The position numbers and the translations under genes are program-made. From a candidate division FCPU426 bacterium (lineage in GTDB: Bacteria > Oederibacteriota > Muellerivitia > Muellerivitales > Muellerivitaceae): 64,000 nucleotides of DNA. The stretch lies in assembly GCA_963796105.1 (NCBI GenBank), contig CAWCKJ010000012.1, positions 256,001-320,000 of the forward strand. The letters are read 5' to 3'. Of the stretch, positions 8,725-19,915 are shown piece after piece (within the stretch, counting starts at the first letter, position 1; each line of letters begins with the position of its first letter). Below the pieces are notes generated by a model. That model did not search any database. It had not been told where the DNA came from and worked only from the letters and a program-made list of their open reading frames with translations.

Positions 8725-10830
8725 TCAAGGAGAAGCGACAGGTGATTCGGAGGCGTATACCAATTTCCGGAAATCGCAGAGTATGGCAAAAAGATCCGCG
8801 GCTTTTCGCAGGAGAGCCAGCCGATTACCCCGGACTTTCTTGTTTTTATCCATGACCAAAACCTTCTCGAAAAAAGCGTGAATGGAGGGCACTAGCAGGC
8901 TCAAATGGTTGACCATATCCCCGTAATAATCAGAGTTTTGGGTGTCGGTCTCTTGTATCATTTTTTGGGCGAATAGAATCTTATCCAAAAGCTCCCTCTC
9001 CTCGGGCAACTTCAAGAGGGTTTTCTGGACCTTATCAGAAATCTTTTTTTCAGGCAGGATTCGAAGAACCCTTCCCGCAGCAGTAACAAGCTCCTGAAAA
9101 TCCGGTTGGGCCTTTTTCCTCTGGAGAAATTCAGCCTTGATCACCATATCGTTCAGGGAAGGGGCCTTGGTGGCCAAACAAGCGTTGACGACATCATAGG
9201 AAACGCCTTTCGTTTCCAAAACCGTATGAAGCCTTCCTAAAAGGAAGTCCACGATTTCCCCAGCCAATCCTGGTTTGGTTTTACCCACGTACTGTTTCAG
9301 TGAGACCGATACCAATTCTTCCAGGGTGAAGGGATAGTGATTTTCCAGCGCAATATGGATGATGCCTAATGCCAGTCTCCGCAGGGCGAAGGGATCCTGG
9401 GAACCTGTGGGTATGAGTCCAGCCTTGAAACATCCCACGATGGTGTCAATTTTGTCAGCAATAGAAAGGAGGGTGGAGTCTCGCCCGATGGGAAGTTGAT
9501 CCCCCGCAAACCTGGGATAATAGTGGTACTGGATTGCCGCGCCGACATCTTCCATGCCCTGCTTGGCCGCGTAAATTCCCCCCATATAACCCTGAAGACT
9601 GTTGAATTCCTTTTCCCGGATAATATTAGTGGCCAGGTCGGCTTTACATAAGAGGGCTGCTTTCGCCAGGGTTGGCAAAACCGTCTTTGAAATCCCGCAG
9701 AGTTCCACCATCCTCGCCATCAACTTGGAAATCCGATGGGCCTTTTCATCCATCGATCCCATGCCTTCCAGCCAAGTAATGCCGGTGAGTTTTTTGGCCC
9801 ATTCCTCCAAGGGTACCTTGAGATCCTCTGAAACGAAGAATTTTGCGTCCTCAAGCCGGGCCTTCAGCACACCCTCGTTGGCTTGGATCACGACCTTTTT
9901 ATCCTTGGGAGATCCGTTGATGACTCCAATGAAAAGGGGAAGAAGACCTCCCTGTTTATCCCTCACCGAAAAGTATTTTTGATGTTCCCGCATGGCGGTC
10001 ACAATGACTGCGTCGGGCAATTCTAAATATTTTGAATCGAAGGAGCCTAAAATCACATCTGGCGATTCCACCAAATTGTTCACATCATCCAATAAATCAG
10101 GGTCGCCTTGGATCACAGCGTCCTTTTCCACCGCCGCTTGCTGAACCTTGTTCCAGATTACCTGTTTTCTCTCGTCAGGATCCGCGATCACCCCGGCCTG
10201 CCGCAGAACTTCCAAATAATCTCCCGCCTCCACAACGTCTAAAGGTCCCTGCTTTCGGGCCCTCAGGCCATAAGTTTCCCGGCTGCTGTACAATCCGGCT
10301 ATCTCAAATGGCACAACCGTCCTGGAAAAAACAGAGCATATCCAACGGATGGGCCTCGCGAATTGAAAATCACCGTTTCCCCAACGCTGAACCTTTGGAA
10401 ACCGGATTTTTTTGATCACTTCGGGAAAAACAGTGGCGAGAATTTCCGATGTCAGTCTTCCCCCTTCTTTTTTAACCGCCACAACCACTTCCCCCTTAGG
10501 GGTCATTTTCCTCTTTAGGGAGGCCATGGAAACGCCTTTAGCTTTGGCGAAACCTTCGCCAGCCCTAGTGGGAAGGCCGTGTTCATCGAAGGCCATGGAT
10601 ACTGGAGGCCCTGTCACCTCCACGACGCTGTCTTCCTGCATTTCATCCAAACCTTTGAAAAACAGGGAGAGACGCCTCGGAGTGTAATAAGTATAAAGAT
10701 GCTTATAAGAGATACGGTGCTCCTGCAGTGAAGCTCTCGCGGCGGCAGCCATCTGTTCGATAGCCGGGCGAATATACGAAGAAGGAATCTCTTCGCATCC
10801 AATTTCAAGAACCGCATCTTTTAAAATCAT
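8725..10830 (-). CDS. glyS: Glycine--tRNA ligase beta subunit
   Basis: LEIGCEEIP, TPRRL, FARPIRW, HQKYF, ARLEDAKFF, KADL, PTGSQDPFALRR, NRLALL. Confidence 0.97.
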   Translation of the reverse strand: MILKDAVLEIGCEEIPSSYIRPAIEQMAAAARASLQEHRISYKHLYTYYTPRRLSLFFKGLDEMQEDSVVEVTGPPVSMAFDEHGLPTRAGEGFAKAKGVSMASLKRKMTPKGEVVVAVKKEGGRLTSEILATVFPEVIKKIRFPKVQRWGNGDFQFARPIRWICSVFSRTVVPFEIAGLYSSRETYGLRARKQGPLDVVEAGDYLEVLRQAGVIADPDERKQVIWNKVQQAAVEKDAVIQGDPDLLDDVNNLVESPDVILGSFDSKYLELPDAVIVTAMREHQKYFSVRDKQGGLLPLFIGVINGSPKDKKVVIQANEGVLKARLEDAKFFVSEDLKVPLEEWAKKLTGITWLEGMGSMDEKAHRISKLMARMVELCGISKTVLPTLAKAALLCKADLATNIIREKEFNSLQGYMGGIYAAKQGMEDVGAAIQYHYYPRFAGDQLPIGRDSTLLSIADKIDTIVGCFKAGLIPTGSQDPFALRRLALGIIHIALENHYPFTLEELVSVSLKQYVGKTKPGLAGEIVDFLLGRLHTVLETKGVSYDVVNACLATKAPSLNDMVIKAEFLQRKKAQPDFQELVTAAGRVLRILPEKKISDKVQKTLLKLPEERELLDKILFAQKMIQETDTQNSDYYGDMVNHLSLLVPSIHAFFEKVLVMDKNKKVRGNRLALLRKAADLFAILCDFRKLVYASESPVASP

Positions 10831-10889
10831 AAATTTCTCAAATCCCCCGAAAATAGAATTTCCAAACCTGGTTCAACGCAAAACCCAAA

Positions 10890-11783
10890 TCAAACTTTCT
10901 TCAAAAGCGGATAACCAAGCCCTTCCCTTTTTTTCACGTATGCGGTGGCCACGGCCTTGGCCATTCCCCGTACCCGCGTGATAAAATGGGTCCTCTCAGC
11001 CACGGATATCGCTCCCCTGGCGTCCAAGAGATTAAAGGTGTGGGAAGCCTTGATAACATAATCATAGGCTGGTTCCACCAGATCCAATTCCAGAAGCCGC
11101 TTTACCTCCCCCTCAAAATCGTTGAAGTGTCTTAAAAGCATCTTGATGTTGGCGTGCTCGAAGTTGAAGGCTGAAAAAGCTTTTTCGCTCGGATGAAAAA
11201 TGTCTCGGTAAGTGAGTCCCTTTCCACCGTAATTCAGGTCCCAAACACTATCGACCCCCTGGATGACTGTGGCTATTCTCTCCAACCCGAAGGTGATTTC
11301 CCCGGGAACTGGCCTCAGCTCCAGTCCGCCGGTGGTTTGAAAAAAGGTAAACTGGGTAATCTCAATTCCGTCCATCCAAACCTGCCATCCCAAGCCTGAA
11401 GCCCCCAATGTCGGGGATTCCCAGTCGTCCTCGACGAAGCGGATGTCGTGCTCATCCTGTCGAATACCGATTTCTTCCAGGCTTGCCAAATAAAGTTCCA
11501 CCATGTTATCGGGTGATGGTTTCAAAATGACTTGATACTGGTAATAGTGCTGCATGCGGTTGGGGTTCTCCCCGTAACGGCCGTCTTTAGGTCTGCGGCA
11601 GGGATCCACATAGGCCACTTGGTAGGGTTCGGGGCCCAAGACCCGGAAAAAAGTGGCGGGATTAAAAGTTCCCGCGCCTTTTTCCAAATCGTAAGGCTGT
11701 TGAATAATGCAACCTTGCTTACTCCAATAGTGGTCGAGGATTAGGATGAGTTCTTGAAAGGATGGGGCCATGTTTTTATCCAT
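10890..11783 (-). CDS. glyQ: Glycine--tRNA ligase alpha subunit
   Basis: [58 protein letters not shown]. Confidence 0.98.
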   Translation of the reverse strand: MDKNMAPSFQELILILDHYWSKQGCIIQQPYDLEKGAGTFNPATFFRVLGPEPYQVAYVDPCRRPKDGRYGENPNRMQHYYQYQVILKPSPDNMVELYLASLEEIGIRQDEHDIRFVEDDWESPTLGASGLGWQVWMDGIEITQFTFFQTTGGLELRPVPGEITFGLERIATVIQGVDSVWDLNYGGKGLTYRDIFHPSEKAFSAFNFEHANIKMLLRHFNDFEGEVKRLLELDLVEPAYDYVIKASHTFNLLDARGAISVAERTHFITRVRGMAKAVATAYVKKREGLGYPLLKKV

Positions 11784-11870
11784 AAAAATATTTATTAAAG
11801 GAAAATAAGGGAATTCGACGGGCTTCGCAAGCTAAAACCGTTGTTATATCCAAAATCTTGTATTGCAGTT

Positions 11871-11913
11871 AAAAAAAAGCCTTCTGCAACCTGATTTGTT
11901 GCAGAAGGCTTTT
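11871..11913 (-). terminator. Rho-independent terminator of the cold-shock gene
   Basis: AAAAGCCTTCTGCAAC / GTTGCAGAAGGCTTTT stem with a U8 tail on the minus strand. Confidence 0.9.
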
Positions 11914-11931
11914 CGAACTACAACAAAATCA

Positions 11932-12132
11932 TCAGATTTTGTGGACGTTTTCAGCCTTTAAACCCTTTTGGCCCTGGGTGACTTCAAATTCCACCCGGTC
12001 TCCTTCGTTCAAAGTTTTGAATCCGTCGCCTTGAATCGACGAGTAATGGACAAATACATCCTCGCCGCCATCCTGGGAGATAAAACCAAATCCTTTTTCA
12101 TTCTTAAACCACTTTACAGTGCCTTGAGCCAT
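11932..12132 (-). CDS. csp: Cold-shock protein (CspA family)
   Basis: GTVKWF, KGFGFI (RNP1), DVFVHY (RNP2); 66 aa. Confidence 0.97.
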   Translation of the reverse strand: MAQGTVKWFKNEKGFGFISQDGGEDVFVHYSSIQGDGFKTLNEGDRVEFEVTQGQKGLKAENVHKI

Positions 12133-12530
12133 TCCACTAACCTCTGCATATAAATTTTATATCCTTCCTGGGGCATAAACCCTCAAGAAGGCCATCATCT
12201 TACAAAAAAGCTTATATTTTGAAAACTTTTTTCGAGGAAAAATCACTGAAATATTTCTCTTTCGAATTTTCTGCCGTTTTTCCCATATAATTCTGCGCAA
12301 TTGCATATTTTTTAAGGAGGGAGCGGAAAAGCCGTTAGGCAAGTTCTAAATGGACCCATTCTGACTTATGGTGTTCTCATAAAAAACCGTCACAAATGCA
12401 TTAAAAACATTCCCACACATTTTTTGTGAATTTTTAAATTTCGGAGGAAGGAAATATCAATTAATCGGATCAAATGGGTTGGAAAAATTTTCTTTTATCG
12501 AACAATGTCTATAAAAAAAACTACCCGATT

Positions 12531-12980
12531 TTAGCGCAAGGTCAGCGCTAAGAAACCGAATTCCAATAGTAGGAGACCCACAACTAAAATAGATCCCAGG
12601 ATAAACCATCCCCATCCATCAGTAGCCGGTTCTGCTAAAAGTGGTTTTTGGGTTGGCCAAACCCGAACATTGTCGCCCTTGGATGGCTGGTACTGATCCG
12701 GCCAAACTGGATAAAGGCAGAAAATTTTATCGGTCTTCTGTCCATCCATATCAACTGATATCTCAAAAAATCCCCCCAACCGACAACCGGTCCTGATTTT
12801 TCCTAAGCGGTCGACTGACGACAGAATTTTGGCGTCTTTTCCACCCTGGGTCGCAGCAAGAGAAGAGACTGAATAAGATAAAAAAAGAAGAGCAACCAAA
12901 AAGAAAACAATGGCCAGGAAAGTACCGAAAATTTTTAAAAGCAAAAACCGCGCGGTATTTTTCCATTCAGATGAATCCAT
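12531..12980 (-). CDS. Hypothetical membrane protein (two TM helices around a small beta-rich domain)
   Basis: 149-aa ORF with GAGG RBS and hydrophobic N- and C-terminal segments. Confidence 0.7.
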   Translation of the reverse strand: MDSSEWKNTARFLLLKIFGTFLAIVFFLVALLFLSYSVSSLAATQGGKDAKILSSVDRLGKIRTGCRLGGFFEISVDMDGQKTDKIFCLYPVWPDQYQPSKGDNVRVWPTQKPLLAEPATDGWGWFILGSILVVGLLLLEFGFLALTLR

Positions 12981-13212
12981 GGGCGTTCCTCAAATCATAG
13001 AAATAAGATGCTTTTTCTAAACTATTGTATCGATAATCAGCTGGATATCTAGGCCTTTCAACGCTGTCCCGATCGGGAATCATGCGGGTTTTTTAAATCT
13101 TATCAATAAAATTTAGAAATTTAGTCTTCGTTGATCTGTTGTATGACGGCATTCCATTTTGAGAATCATCTAAGAGGGATTCAGCCGAATAAAGCCAGCT
13201 CAGGAAATATTA

Positions 13213-13779
13213 TCACATCATTCCCAGCTGCAACCTGGCCGCGTCTGACATGAGAGCCTGATTCCAAGGCGGGTCAAAGGTAACTTCCACATTAGCTTCC
13301 TTCACCCCGGGAATTCGGCCGAGCTTCTGCTCGATTTCGGCCTTCAAGACCGTGGACATTCCACAGCCTGGGGCGGTGAGGGTCATAAGCACCTCAACTT
13401 TTTTCCCTCCCTGGGGGTGCGGTTTGATCTGGCTACCGTATATCAACCCCAATTCAACGATATTGACGGGTATTTCGGGGTCATAGCAAGTCTTAAGCTG
13501 ATCCCAAACATCGTTCTCCACATCCTTATCCTCGCGGGACTTTTCATCGCCATACTCGATCTTGAAAACTTTTGCTTCCGCCGGCACTTCCTTGCCAAGG
13601 GCATCCGCGTCTCTCCCGTCGATTCGAACCAATTGACCGTTGTCCCTTTGGAGGGTAAAACTGCCCCCAAGGGTTTGAGTGATGTAAACTTTTTCATCCT
13701 TGAAAACAATCGTCTCAGTCCCGTAGGGAATGGTAATGGCCTTGCATTCCCGCTGAAGAGTGATTAATTCGTAGCTCAT
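13213..13779 (-). CDS. sufT: Fe-S cluster assembly protein SufT (DUF59)
   Basis: ITQTLGGSFT, YDPEIPVNIVELGLIY, MTLTAPGC, DPPW. ATGA overlap with sufU. Confidence 0.92.
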   Translation of the reverse strand: MSYELITLQRECKAITIPYGTETIVFKDEKVYITQTLGGSFTLQRDNGQLVRIDGRDADALGKEVPAEAKVFKIEYGDEKSREDKDVENDVWDQLKTCYDPEIPVNIVELGLIYGSQIKPHPQGGKKVEVLMTLTAPGCGMSTVLKAEIEQKLGRIPGVKEANVEVTFDPPWNQALMSDAARLQLGMM

Positions 13780-14249
13780 TCACCGCTCCCCGTTCCATCG
13801 TCCGTTGAAACCATTTTACCCGGTTCATGCAGGGCCGCTTCGAGCGTGTGCCAGGCCAAGCTGGCGCATTTCACCCTAGCCGGATAATCCCGGACACCCG
13901 CGAAAACTTTTAGTTTTCCAAGCGCTTCCGGAGCTGGCTCGTCATTTTTCCCCATCACCATATCGTGAAATTGGTTAAACATTATGTCCGCAATCCCAAT
14001 TTTCTTCCCTTTCAACGCAACGGTCATCATGGACGCCGAAGCTTTGGATATGGCGCAACCCGATCCTTTGAATTTGATTTCCCGAATGACCCCTTCGGAA
14101 TCCACTTGAAGGTTCAAGGAAATCCGGTCGCCGCAGAGCGGATTGAATCCGTCCGCATGATGACTCGCGCTCTCTAATTCCCCAAAGTTATGGGGATGTT
14201 TTTGATGGTCAAGAATGACCTCTTGGTATAAATCCCTCAAGTCGGACAT
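13776..14249 (-). CDS. sufU: SUF system NifU-family protein SufU
   Basis: LYQEVILDH, NPLCGD, GCAISKAS, RVKCA. Confidence 0.95.
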   Translation of the reverse strand: MSDLRDLYQEVILDHQKHPHNFGELESASHHADGFNPLCGDRISLNLQVDSEGVIREIKFKGSGCAISKASASMMTVALKGKKIGIADIMFNQFHDMVMGKNDEPAPEALGKLKVFAGVRDYPARVKCASLAWHTLEAALHEPGKMVSTDDGTGSGE

Positions 14250-15514
14250 CAGGCAAAAACCTCCAATACTTTCATGAGCGCCGCCGCAAGGACATCAAGA
14301 TCCTCCCGGGTATTGTAAAGGGCCAAAGAAGCACGAGCGGTGGCGGATATTCCGTAGCGGTCCATGACCGGTTGCGCGCAATGATGACCTGCCCTGATGG
14401 CAACTCCTTCCCGATCCAGGATAGTGCCGATATCGTGAGGGTGTATATCTCCCAGAGTGAATGACAGAACTCCCGCTTTATGGGAAGCCGTTCCCACTAA
14501 TTTAACTTCCTTGTTTGTCATAAGTATTTTTGTCCCATATAACAAAAGATCGTTTTCGTGGTCGGCAATCGCCACTAATCCAATGGAATTAACAAAATCC
14601 AGCGCTGCTCCCAATCCGATGACACCCGCGATATGGGGTGTTCCCGCCTCAAACCTGTGGGGTGGTTTTTTAAAAAGAGTCTTTTCAAAAGTCACCGAGG
14701 AGATCATGTCCCCGCCTCCCTGCCAGGGAGGCATCGAATCCAGGAGATTATCCTTGCCGTAAAGAACTCCTATCCCCGTGGGCCCAAAAATCTTATGCCC
14801 TGAGAAGGCGTAAAAATCGCAATCCAGGGCCTGAACATCCACTTCCATGTGCGAAACAGCCTGGGCCCCATCCAGGAGAACCTTGATTCCACTCGCGTGG
14901 GCGACTTTGATGATTTCCACCGCCGGGTTCAAGGTCCCAAGAGCGTTTGAGACCTGGGTGAATGCCAGCAATTTGGTCTTGGGGGTCATGAGTTTGTAAA
15001 GATCCTCCAATACCAGCTCACCTGCTTCGTTGATCGGTGCCACTTTCAACACAGCGCCCTTTTCCTCGCAAAGCATCTGCCATGGCACGATGTTGGAATG
15101 GTGTTCCATGGTGGTGATGAGGATTTCATCCCCGGCCCGGACGAACTTCCTTCCCCAGCTTTGAGCTACCAGATTGATGGACTCGGTGGTTCCCCGGGTA
15201 AAGATGATTTCTTTTGAATCCGAAGCGTTCAGGAATTTTTGAACCTTGACTCGGGATGCCTCGTAAGCCTGGGTGGCTTTCTCGCTTAAAAGATGCACCC
15301 CCCGGTGGATATTGGCGTTTTCCTCCCGGTAATATCGGTCTAGGGCTTCGATCACCTGTCGGGGTTTCTGGGTGGTGGCGGCATTGTCCAGGTAAACCAA
15401 GGGCTTCCCATGAACCTTATGGGAAAGGATGGGAAACTGGGACCTTACCGATAAGACATCCAAAGGCTTCGCATTTGTAATAGTCTCGGAGTTCACGTGG
15501 GTTTGTGTTTTCAT
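14249..15514 (-). CDS. sufS: Cysteine desulfurase SufS
   Basis: YLDNAATTQKP, EHHSNIVPWQ, SGHK (PLP Lys), RAGHHCAQP. Start taken at the TAATG overlap with sufD. Confidence 0.96.
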   Translation of the reverse strand: MKTQTHVNSETITNAKPLDVLSVRSQFPILSHKVHGKPLVYLDNAATTQKPRQVIEALDRYYREENANIHRGVHLLSEKATQAYEASRVKVQKFLNASDSKEIIFTRGTTESINLVAQSWGRKFVRAGDEILITTMEHHSNIVPWQMLCEEKGAVLKVAPINEAGELVLEDLYKLMTPKTKLLAFTQVSNALGTLNPAVEIIKVAHASGIKVLLDGAQAVSHMEVDVQALDCDFYAFSGHKIFGPTGIGVLYGKDNLLDSMPPWQGGGDMISSVTFEKTLFKKPPHRFEAGTPHIAGVIGLGAALDFVNSIGLVAIADHENDLLLYGTKILMTNKEVKLVGTASHKAGVLSFTLGDIHPHDIGTILDREGVAIRAGHHCAQPVMDRYGISATARASLALYNTREDLDVLAAALMKVLEVFA

Positions 15515-16830
15515 TACTCCCCCCCACCCATCCAACGTCGAACCATGTCCGTTAATGGTTTTTTGAGATACTCGTTTTCGATCCTTTCCACCATCTCGCC
15601 GGCGAATGAGTAAACCAGGGTCCTTTTCGCCTCTTCCCTGCCGATGCCCCTGGATTGGAAATAGAAAAGGGCCTCCTCGTCCATCTGGCCGGTGGCGGAG
15701 CCGTGGGAACATTTCACATCATCGGCGTAAATCTGGAGTTGGGGCTTTGAATAAACCTTGGTTTCTTTGGAAAGTTGCAGATTTTTATTGGACTGGCGGG
15801 CGTCGGTCTTTTGGGCGTTTTCCCGAACCAAAATGCTGCCGTCAAATATGGCGGTTGATTTCCCATCCAGGACTCCCTTAAAGGTCTCCTGGCTGGAGCA
15901 GAAAGGCGACAGGTGATCGATAAAGATCCGGGTATCCATGTGTTGATTGCCTTTGGTCAAATAAAGACCTTCCAGAAGGCACTCGGCGTTTTTTTCTGTC
16001 AAGACTGTTTCCACCTCGTGACGGGCCAGGCTTCCGCCGAAAGAATAGGTTCTCGTGGACAGCCGGCTCCCCTGGGCTTGTTTAACCGCGAGGGTTGAAA
16101 AGTGGAAAGCTTTTTCACTTTCCTGTTGAATCTTGGTGTGCGTCAGTGAGGACCCCCTGGACAATACCGCTTCCGTCACGGCTCCCACGAAATAGGGGCT
16201 GTCCCCCTCACTCAGGTAATGTTCAATCACGGTTGCCGAACTATCCTGGCCCAGCAGGAAAAGATTCCGGACATGGGTCTGGCACTGGGGGGTGCCTTTG
16301 GTCGTGAGATAAACGATATGGATAGGCTTATTCAGAACCTGCCCCTCGGGAACGCTTAAATAAAGACCATCTGTGAAATAGGCCGTATTTAAAGCGGTAA
16401 AACTCTTATTCTCATAGTTCAAAACCTGGCCAAAATTACATCGAATCGATTCTTCATCCGCTTCCAAAATAGTTTTTAATTGAATGCCTTTGGATAAAGG
16501 TCCGACTTTCGATAGTTTCCATACAAGGAAACCGTTCACAAAAACAACGATGTCCGCATTTCCAGTTTCAAACGAGAGGGTTTTTAGAAGGTCATTTACG
16601 CTAGTTGCAGGTGCTTCCGCATGGCCCCAGATAAAATAATGTTTATATAGCACGTCCAAGGAAGTGTATTTCCAATTTTCGGACTTCCTGTCTGGAAAAC
16701 CCATCTTAAAAAAATGTGACCAAGCTTTATCCCGAGTCTCTTTTAACCACGAAGCCCTACCGAATGGCACTGCTTTCTCAAATGGAAAGGGGGCTGAGAT
16801 TTTTTCATCCATCCTGTTGGTTTCCATCAA
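15514..16830 (-). CDS. sufD: Fe-S cluster assembly protein SufD
   Basis: GFP.RKSENWKYT, KPQLQIYADDVKCSHGSATG, ALFYFQSRGI. Confidence 0.95.
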   Translation of the reverse strand: MMETNRMDEKISAPFPFEKAVPFGRASWLKETRDKAWSHFFKMGFPDRKSENWKYTSLDVLYKHYFIWGHAEAPATSVNDLLKTLSFETGNADIVVFVNGFLVWKLSKVGPLSKGIQLKTILEADEESIRCNFGQVLNYENKSFTALNTAYFTDGLYLSVPEGQVLNKPIHIVYLTTKGTPQCQTHVRNLFLLGQDSSATVIEHYLSEGDSPYFVGAVTEAVLSRGSSLTHTKIQQESEKAFHFSTLAVKQAQGSRLSTRTYSFGGSLARHEVETVLTEKNAECLLEGLYLTKGNQHMDTRIFIDHLSPFCSSQETFKGVLDGKSTAIFDGSILVRENAQKTDARQSNKNLQLSKETKVYSKPQLQIYADDVKCSHGSATGQMDEEALFYFQSRGIGREEAKRTLVYSFAGEMVERIENEYLKKPLTDMVRRWMGGGE

Positions 16831-17591
16831 ACTTCCGCTTCTTTCTTTTGCCCGTTCGTGAGCCAGCCATAACCCTTCTCTTCCAATTCCAGGGCCAGTT
16901 CCTTGCCGCCCGACTTCACAATACGTCCTTGCGCCAAGACGTGGACTTTATCCGGTACGATGTATTCCAGCAGGCGTTGGTAATGGGTGACCAAAAGGAC
17001 GGCCCTCTCCGGATTCCGCAGGGCGTTGACCCCGTCCGCCACCACTTTCAAGGCGTCTATATCGAGGCCCGAGTCCGTCTCGTCCAGGACCGCCAGCTTG
17101 GGTTCCAGGACAGCCATCTGGAGCACCTCGTTCTTCTTCTTTTCACCCCCGGAAAAGCCTTCGTTCACCGAGCGTTGAAGCATGGTTTCATCCATCCGGA
17201 GGGGTTTCAATTTGGCCTTGACCAGATCCAGGAAATCCATGGCGTCCAATTCCTCTTCCCCCCGCGACTTTCTAATCGCGTTTAGGGCCGCTTTCAGGAA
17301 ATAAGTATTGTTGACTCCCGGGATTTCAACCGGATATTGGAAAGCCAGGAACACCCCCTGCCTCGCGCGATCCTCCGGGGACAAAGCTAGTAGATCTTTC
17401 CCCTCGAAACGCACTTCGCCGTCTGTCACTTCATATCCATCCCTTCCTGCGAGGATGTGGGCCAGGGTGCTTTTCCCCGAGCCGTTGGGACCCATGATGG
17501 CGTGCACTTCGCCCTTCCCAACGTTCAGGTTGATCCCCTTGAGAATTTCTTTTCCATCGACTTTGACTTTCAGGTTCTTGATCTCCAGCAT
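16827..17591 (-). CDS. sufC: Fe-S cluster assembly ATPase SufC
   Basis: GPNGSGKST, FQYPVEIPGV, NEGFSGGEKK, LDETDSGLDID. Confidence 0.97.
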   Translation of the reverse strand: MLEIKNLKVKVDGKEILKGINLNVGKGEVHAIMGPNGSGKSTLAHILAGRDGYEVTDGEVRFEGKDLLALSPEDRARQGVFLAFQYPVEIPGVNNTYFLKAALNAIRKSRGEEELDAMDFLDLVKAKLKPLRMDETMLQRSVNEGFSGGEKKKNEVLQMAVLEPKLAVLDETDSGLDIDALKVVADGVNALRNPERAVLLVTHYQRLLEYIVPDKVHVLAQGRIVKSGGKELALELEEKGYGWLTNGQKKEAEV

Positions 17592-17629
17592 CTCTCCTCC
17601 AGAATTCCTTGGGATTGATTATTTCCACG

Positions 17630-19078
17630 TCAACCGACGCTTCCTTCCAAACTGACGCTCAACAATTTCTGGGCTTCCACCGCGAATTCCATGGGAAGCT
17701 TCCGGAAAACATCCTTGCAAAACCCATTGACGATAAGATTAATCGCGTCCTCGCTGGAAAGGCCTCTTTGGCGGCAGTAAAAAACCTGGTCCTCACTGAT
17801 TTTTGAGGTGGAGGCCTCATGCCCCACCTTGGAGCTGTTGTTTTTTACCTCAATGTAAGGCACCGTATGGGCCGAACATCTGTCCCCCATCAGAAGCGAG
17901 TCACACTGGGTATAATTCCCGGCGTTTTCAGCGCCCGGCTGGATTCGAACCAAACCCCGGTAGGTGTTTTGCCCCCGGCCCGCTGAAATCCCCTTGGAAA
18001 CGATGGTGCTTTTTGTGTTTTTACCAATGTGGATCATTTTGGTTCCAGTATCCGCCTGCTGGCGGTTGTTCACCACCGCCACAGAATAGAATTCCCCCGT
18101 GGAATTGTCGCCCTGCAGGATACAACTGGGATATTTCCAGGTAATGGCAGATCCGGTCTCCACCTGGGTCCATGATATCTTGGAGGAATTTCCCCGGCAG
18201 GCTCCGCGCTTGGTCACGAAATTGTAAACCCCGCCCTTACCCTCTTTGTCCCCCGGATACCAGTTTTGAACGGTGGAATACTTGATCTCGGCGTTGCCCA
18301 GGGCCACCAATTCGACGACCGCCGCGTGCAGCTGGTTTTCATCTCTCATAGGCGCGGTGCATCCCTCCAGGTAGCTCACGTAAGAGCCCTCATCGGCGAT
18401 CAAGAGGGTTCTCTCGAATTGCCCCGTCTTGGCCGCGTTTATCCTAAAATAGGTGGAGAGCTCCATCGGGCACCGCACACCCTTTGGCACGTAACAGAAC
18501 GAACCGTCGGTGAAAACGGCGCTATTCAAGGCCGCGAAGAAATTATCATTGTAAGGGACCACCGACCCCAGGTATTTTTCGATGAGCTCTGGATGTTCCT
18601 GCACCGCCTCGGAAAAAGAGGAGAAAAAGATTCCTAATTCCCCCAGCTTTTTCTTAAAAGTTGTCCCGACAGAGACGCTGTCCAGAACCGCGTCCACGGC
18701 GACTCCCGCGAGAATTTCCCTTTCCTGGAGCGGTACTCCCAGTTTCTCAAAGGTCTTCAGGATCTCGGGGTCCACCTCCGCCAGACTCTTGGGACCGTTA
18801 TTCTTGGGCGCTGAATAATAAATAATGGATTGATAGTCGATGGGAGGATATTGGACATAGGCCCAAACAGGTTCCGTCATGCGTTTCCAAAAGCGGAAGG
18901 ATTTCAGCCGCCATTCCAGGAGAAACTTTGGCTCTTTTTTCTTTTGGGAGATAAACCTGATGATATCCTCGTTGAGTCCTGGCGGGGCGGAATCCGCCTC
19001 AATATCCGTTACAAATCCGTATTTGTATTCCTCAGTGGTGATTTTTTCGACAGGTTGTTCCTGGGCTTGAGGTTTCAT
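17630..19078 (-). CDS. sufB: Fe-S cluster assembly protein SufB
   Basis: [42 protein letters not shown]. Start at the ATGA overlap with the Rrf2 gene. Confidence 0.97.
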   Translation of the reverse strand: MKPQAQEQPVEKITTEEYKYGFVTDIEADSAPPGLNEDIIRFISQKKKEPKFLLEWRLKSFRFWKRMTEPVWAYVQYPPIDYQSIIYYSAPKNNGPKSLAEVDPEILKTFEKLGVPLQEREILAGVAVDAVLDSVSVGTTFKKKLGELGIFFSSFSEAVQEHPELIEKYLGSVVPYNDNFFAALNSAVFTDGSFCYVPKGVRCPMELSTYFRINAAKTGQFERTLLIADEGSYVSYLEGCTAPMRDENQLHAAVVELVALGNAEIKYSTVQNWYPGDKEGKGGVYNFVTKRGACRGNSSKISWTQVETGSAITWKYPSCILQGDNSTGEFYSVAVVNNRQQADTGTKMIHIGKNTKSTIVSKGISAGRGQNTYRGLVRIQPGAENAGNYTQCDSLLMGDRCSAHTVPYIEVKNNSSKVGHEASTSKISEDQVFYCRQRGLSSEDAINLIVNGFCKDVFRKLPMEFAVEAQKLLSVSLEGSVG

Positions 19079-19611
19079 CTCGGCATCCCTTTTCCGATGA
19101 TGGTTTCCGGGACTCCTGGTTTTCCTGTTCCCTGCGTCGAACGCTGGGATCTTGGGGAAACAGAGGAATCTTTGAGCCACTTCTCCATTTCCGGCTCGCT
19201 GGATACCAAATCCGAAAGTTTGCACTTGCGAAGATATGAGGAAAGAGTCAGGTCTAAACCCATCCAAAGGGAACGGATTGCGCAATCCATCGTGTGGATG
19301 CAGGATAGATGTTCTTTGTTGGGAGTCTCGCACACCTCTTCCTGTTTGAAAAACTTGCCGCCCAACGCCTCTAAAACTTCGTGAATATTGATTTCATTAG
19401 CCGGCCTTGCTAGCTGGTAACCCCCGCTCTGGCCGCGGATGCTCTGGACAAGTTCTCTTCTTCGAAGAATGCTCATAATCTTTGCCACGTAAGCGGAAGT
19501 GAGCCCTTCCAGACGGGAAAGCTCCAGAATGGTTGTCATGCCTTGAGGCCCTTTCTTGGCCATTTGAAGCATGCACCGTAAACCATATTCTTCAGTCGAG
19601 GACATCCGCAT
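19075..19611 (-). CDS. Rrf2-family transcriptional regulator of the suf operon
   Basis: [20 protein letters not shown], three Cys in C-x9-C-x5-C. First gene of the suf operon. Confidence 0.9.
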   Translation of the reverse strand: MRMSSTEEYGLRCMLQMAKKGPQGMTTILELSRLEGLTSAYVAKIMSILRRRELVQSIRGQSGGYQLARPANEINIHEVLEALGGKFFKQEEVCETPNKEHLSCIHTMDCAIRSLWMGLDLTLSSYLRKCKLSDLVSSEPEMEKWLKDSSVSPRSQRSTQGTGKPGVPETIIGKGMPR

Positions 19612-19644
19612 GAGAAACCTGCCCAATTGAATAATTGTGTGAAA

Positions 19645-19694
19645 ATAGCTGACTTCATTAGAATTTCGGGAATCTTTACTAAAAAGTCAAGTAT
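19645..19694. promoter_or_regulatory. Rrf2/IscR-type operator half-sites overlapping the suf promoter
   Basis: ATAGCTGACT (19645-54) and AGTCAAGTAT (19685-94) are inverted, and both fit the IscR type-1 half-site ATASYYGACT. The right one contains a TTGACT -35 on the minus strand. Confidence 0.55.
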
Positions 19695-19915
19695 AGGCTC
19701 AACGAATGGAAAATCAAGCCAATTGGATTAGTGAATTACTTGATTAAATGAAGCAAAAGCCCGATTTGGTGCAAGATAGGGGAAGTATTAAGGACCACTA
19801 AATCCCAAAGGAATTTCAATAAAAATTTGGTTTGGGTCCAATTGGATGCGGCTGCCGCAAGGACAACGGCACCCAAAATCGCAAGGATCCCTTTAGAACT
19901 ACCTTCGGAATACAT

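Noticed and set aside
11784..11870. T-box riboswitch before glyQ (also considered before gatC)
   Set aside because: The glyQ leader is too short and no GGTGG-ACC T-box motif was seen in either place.
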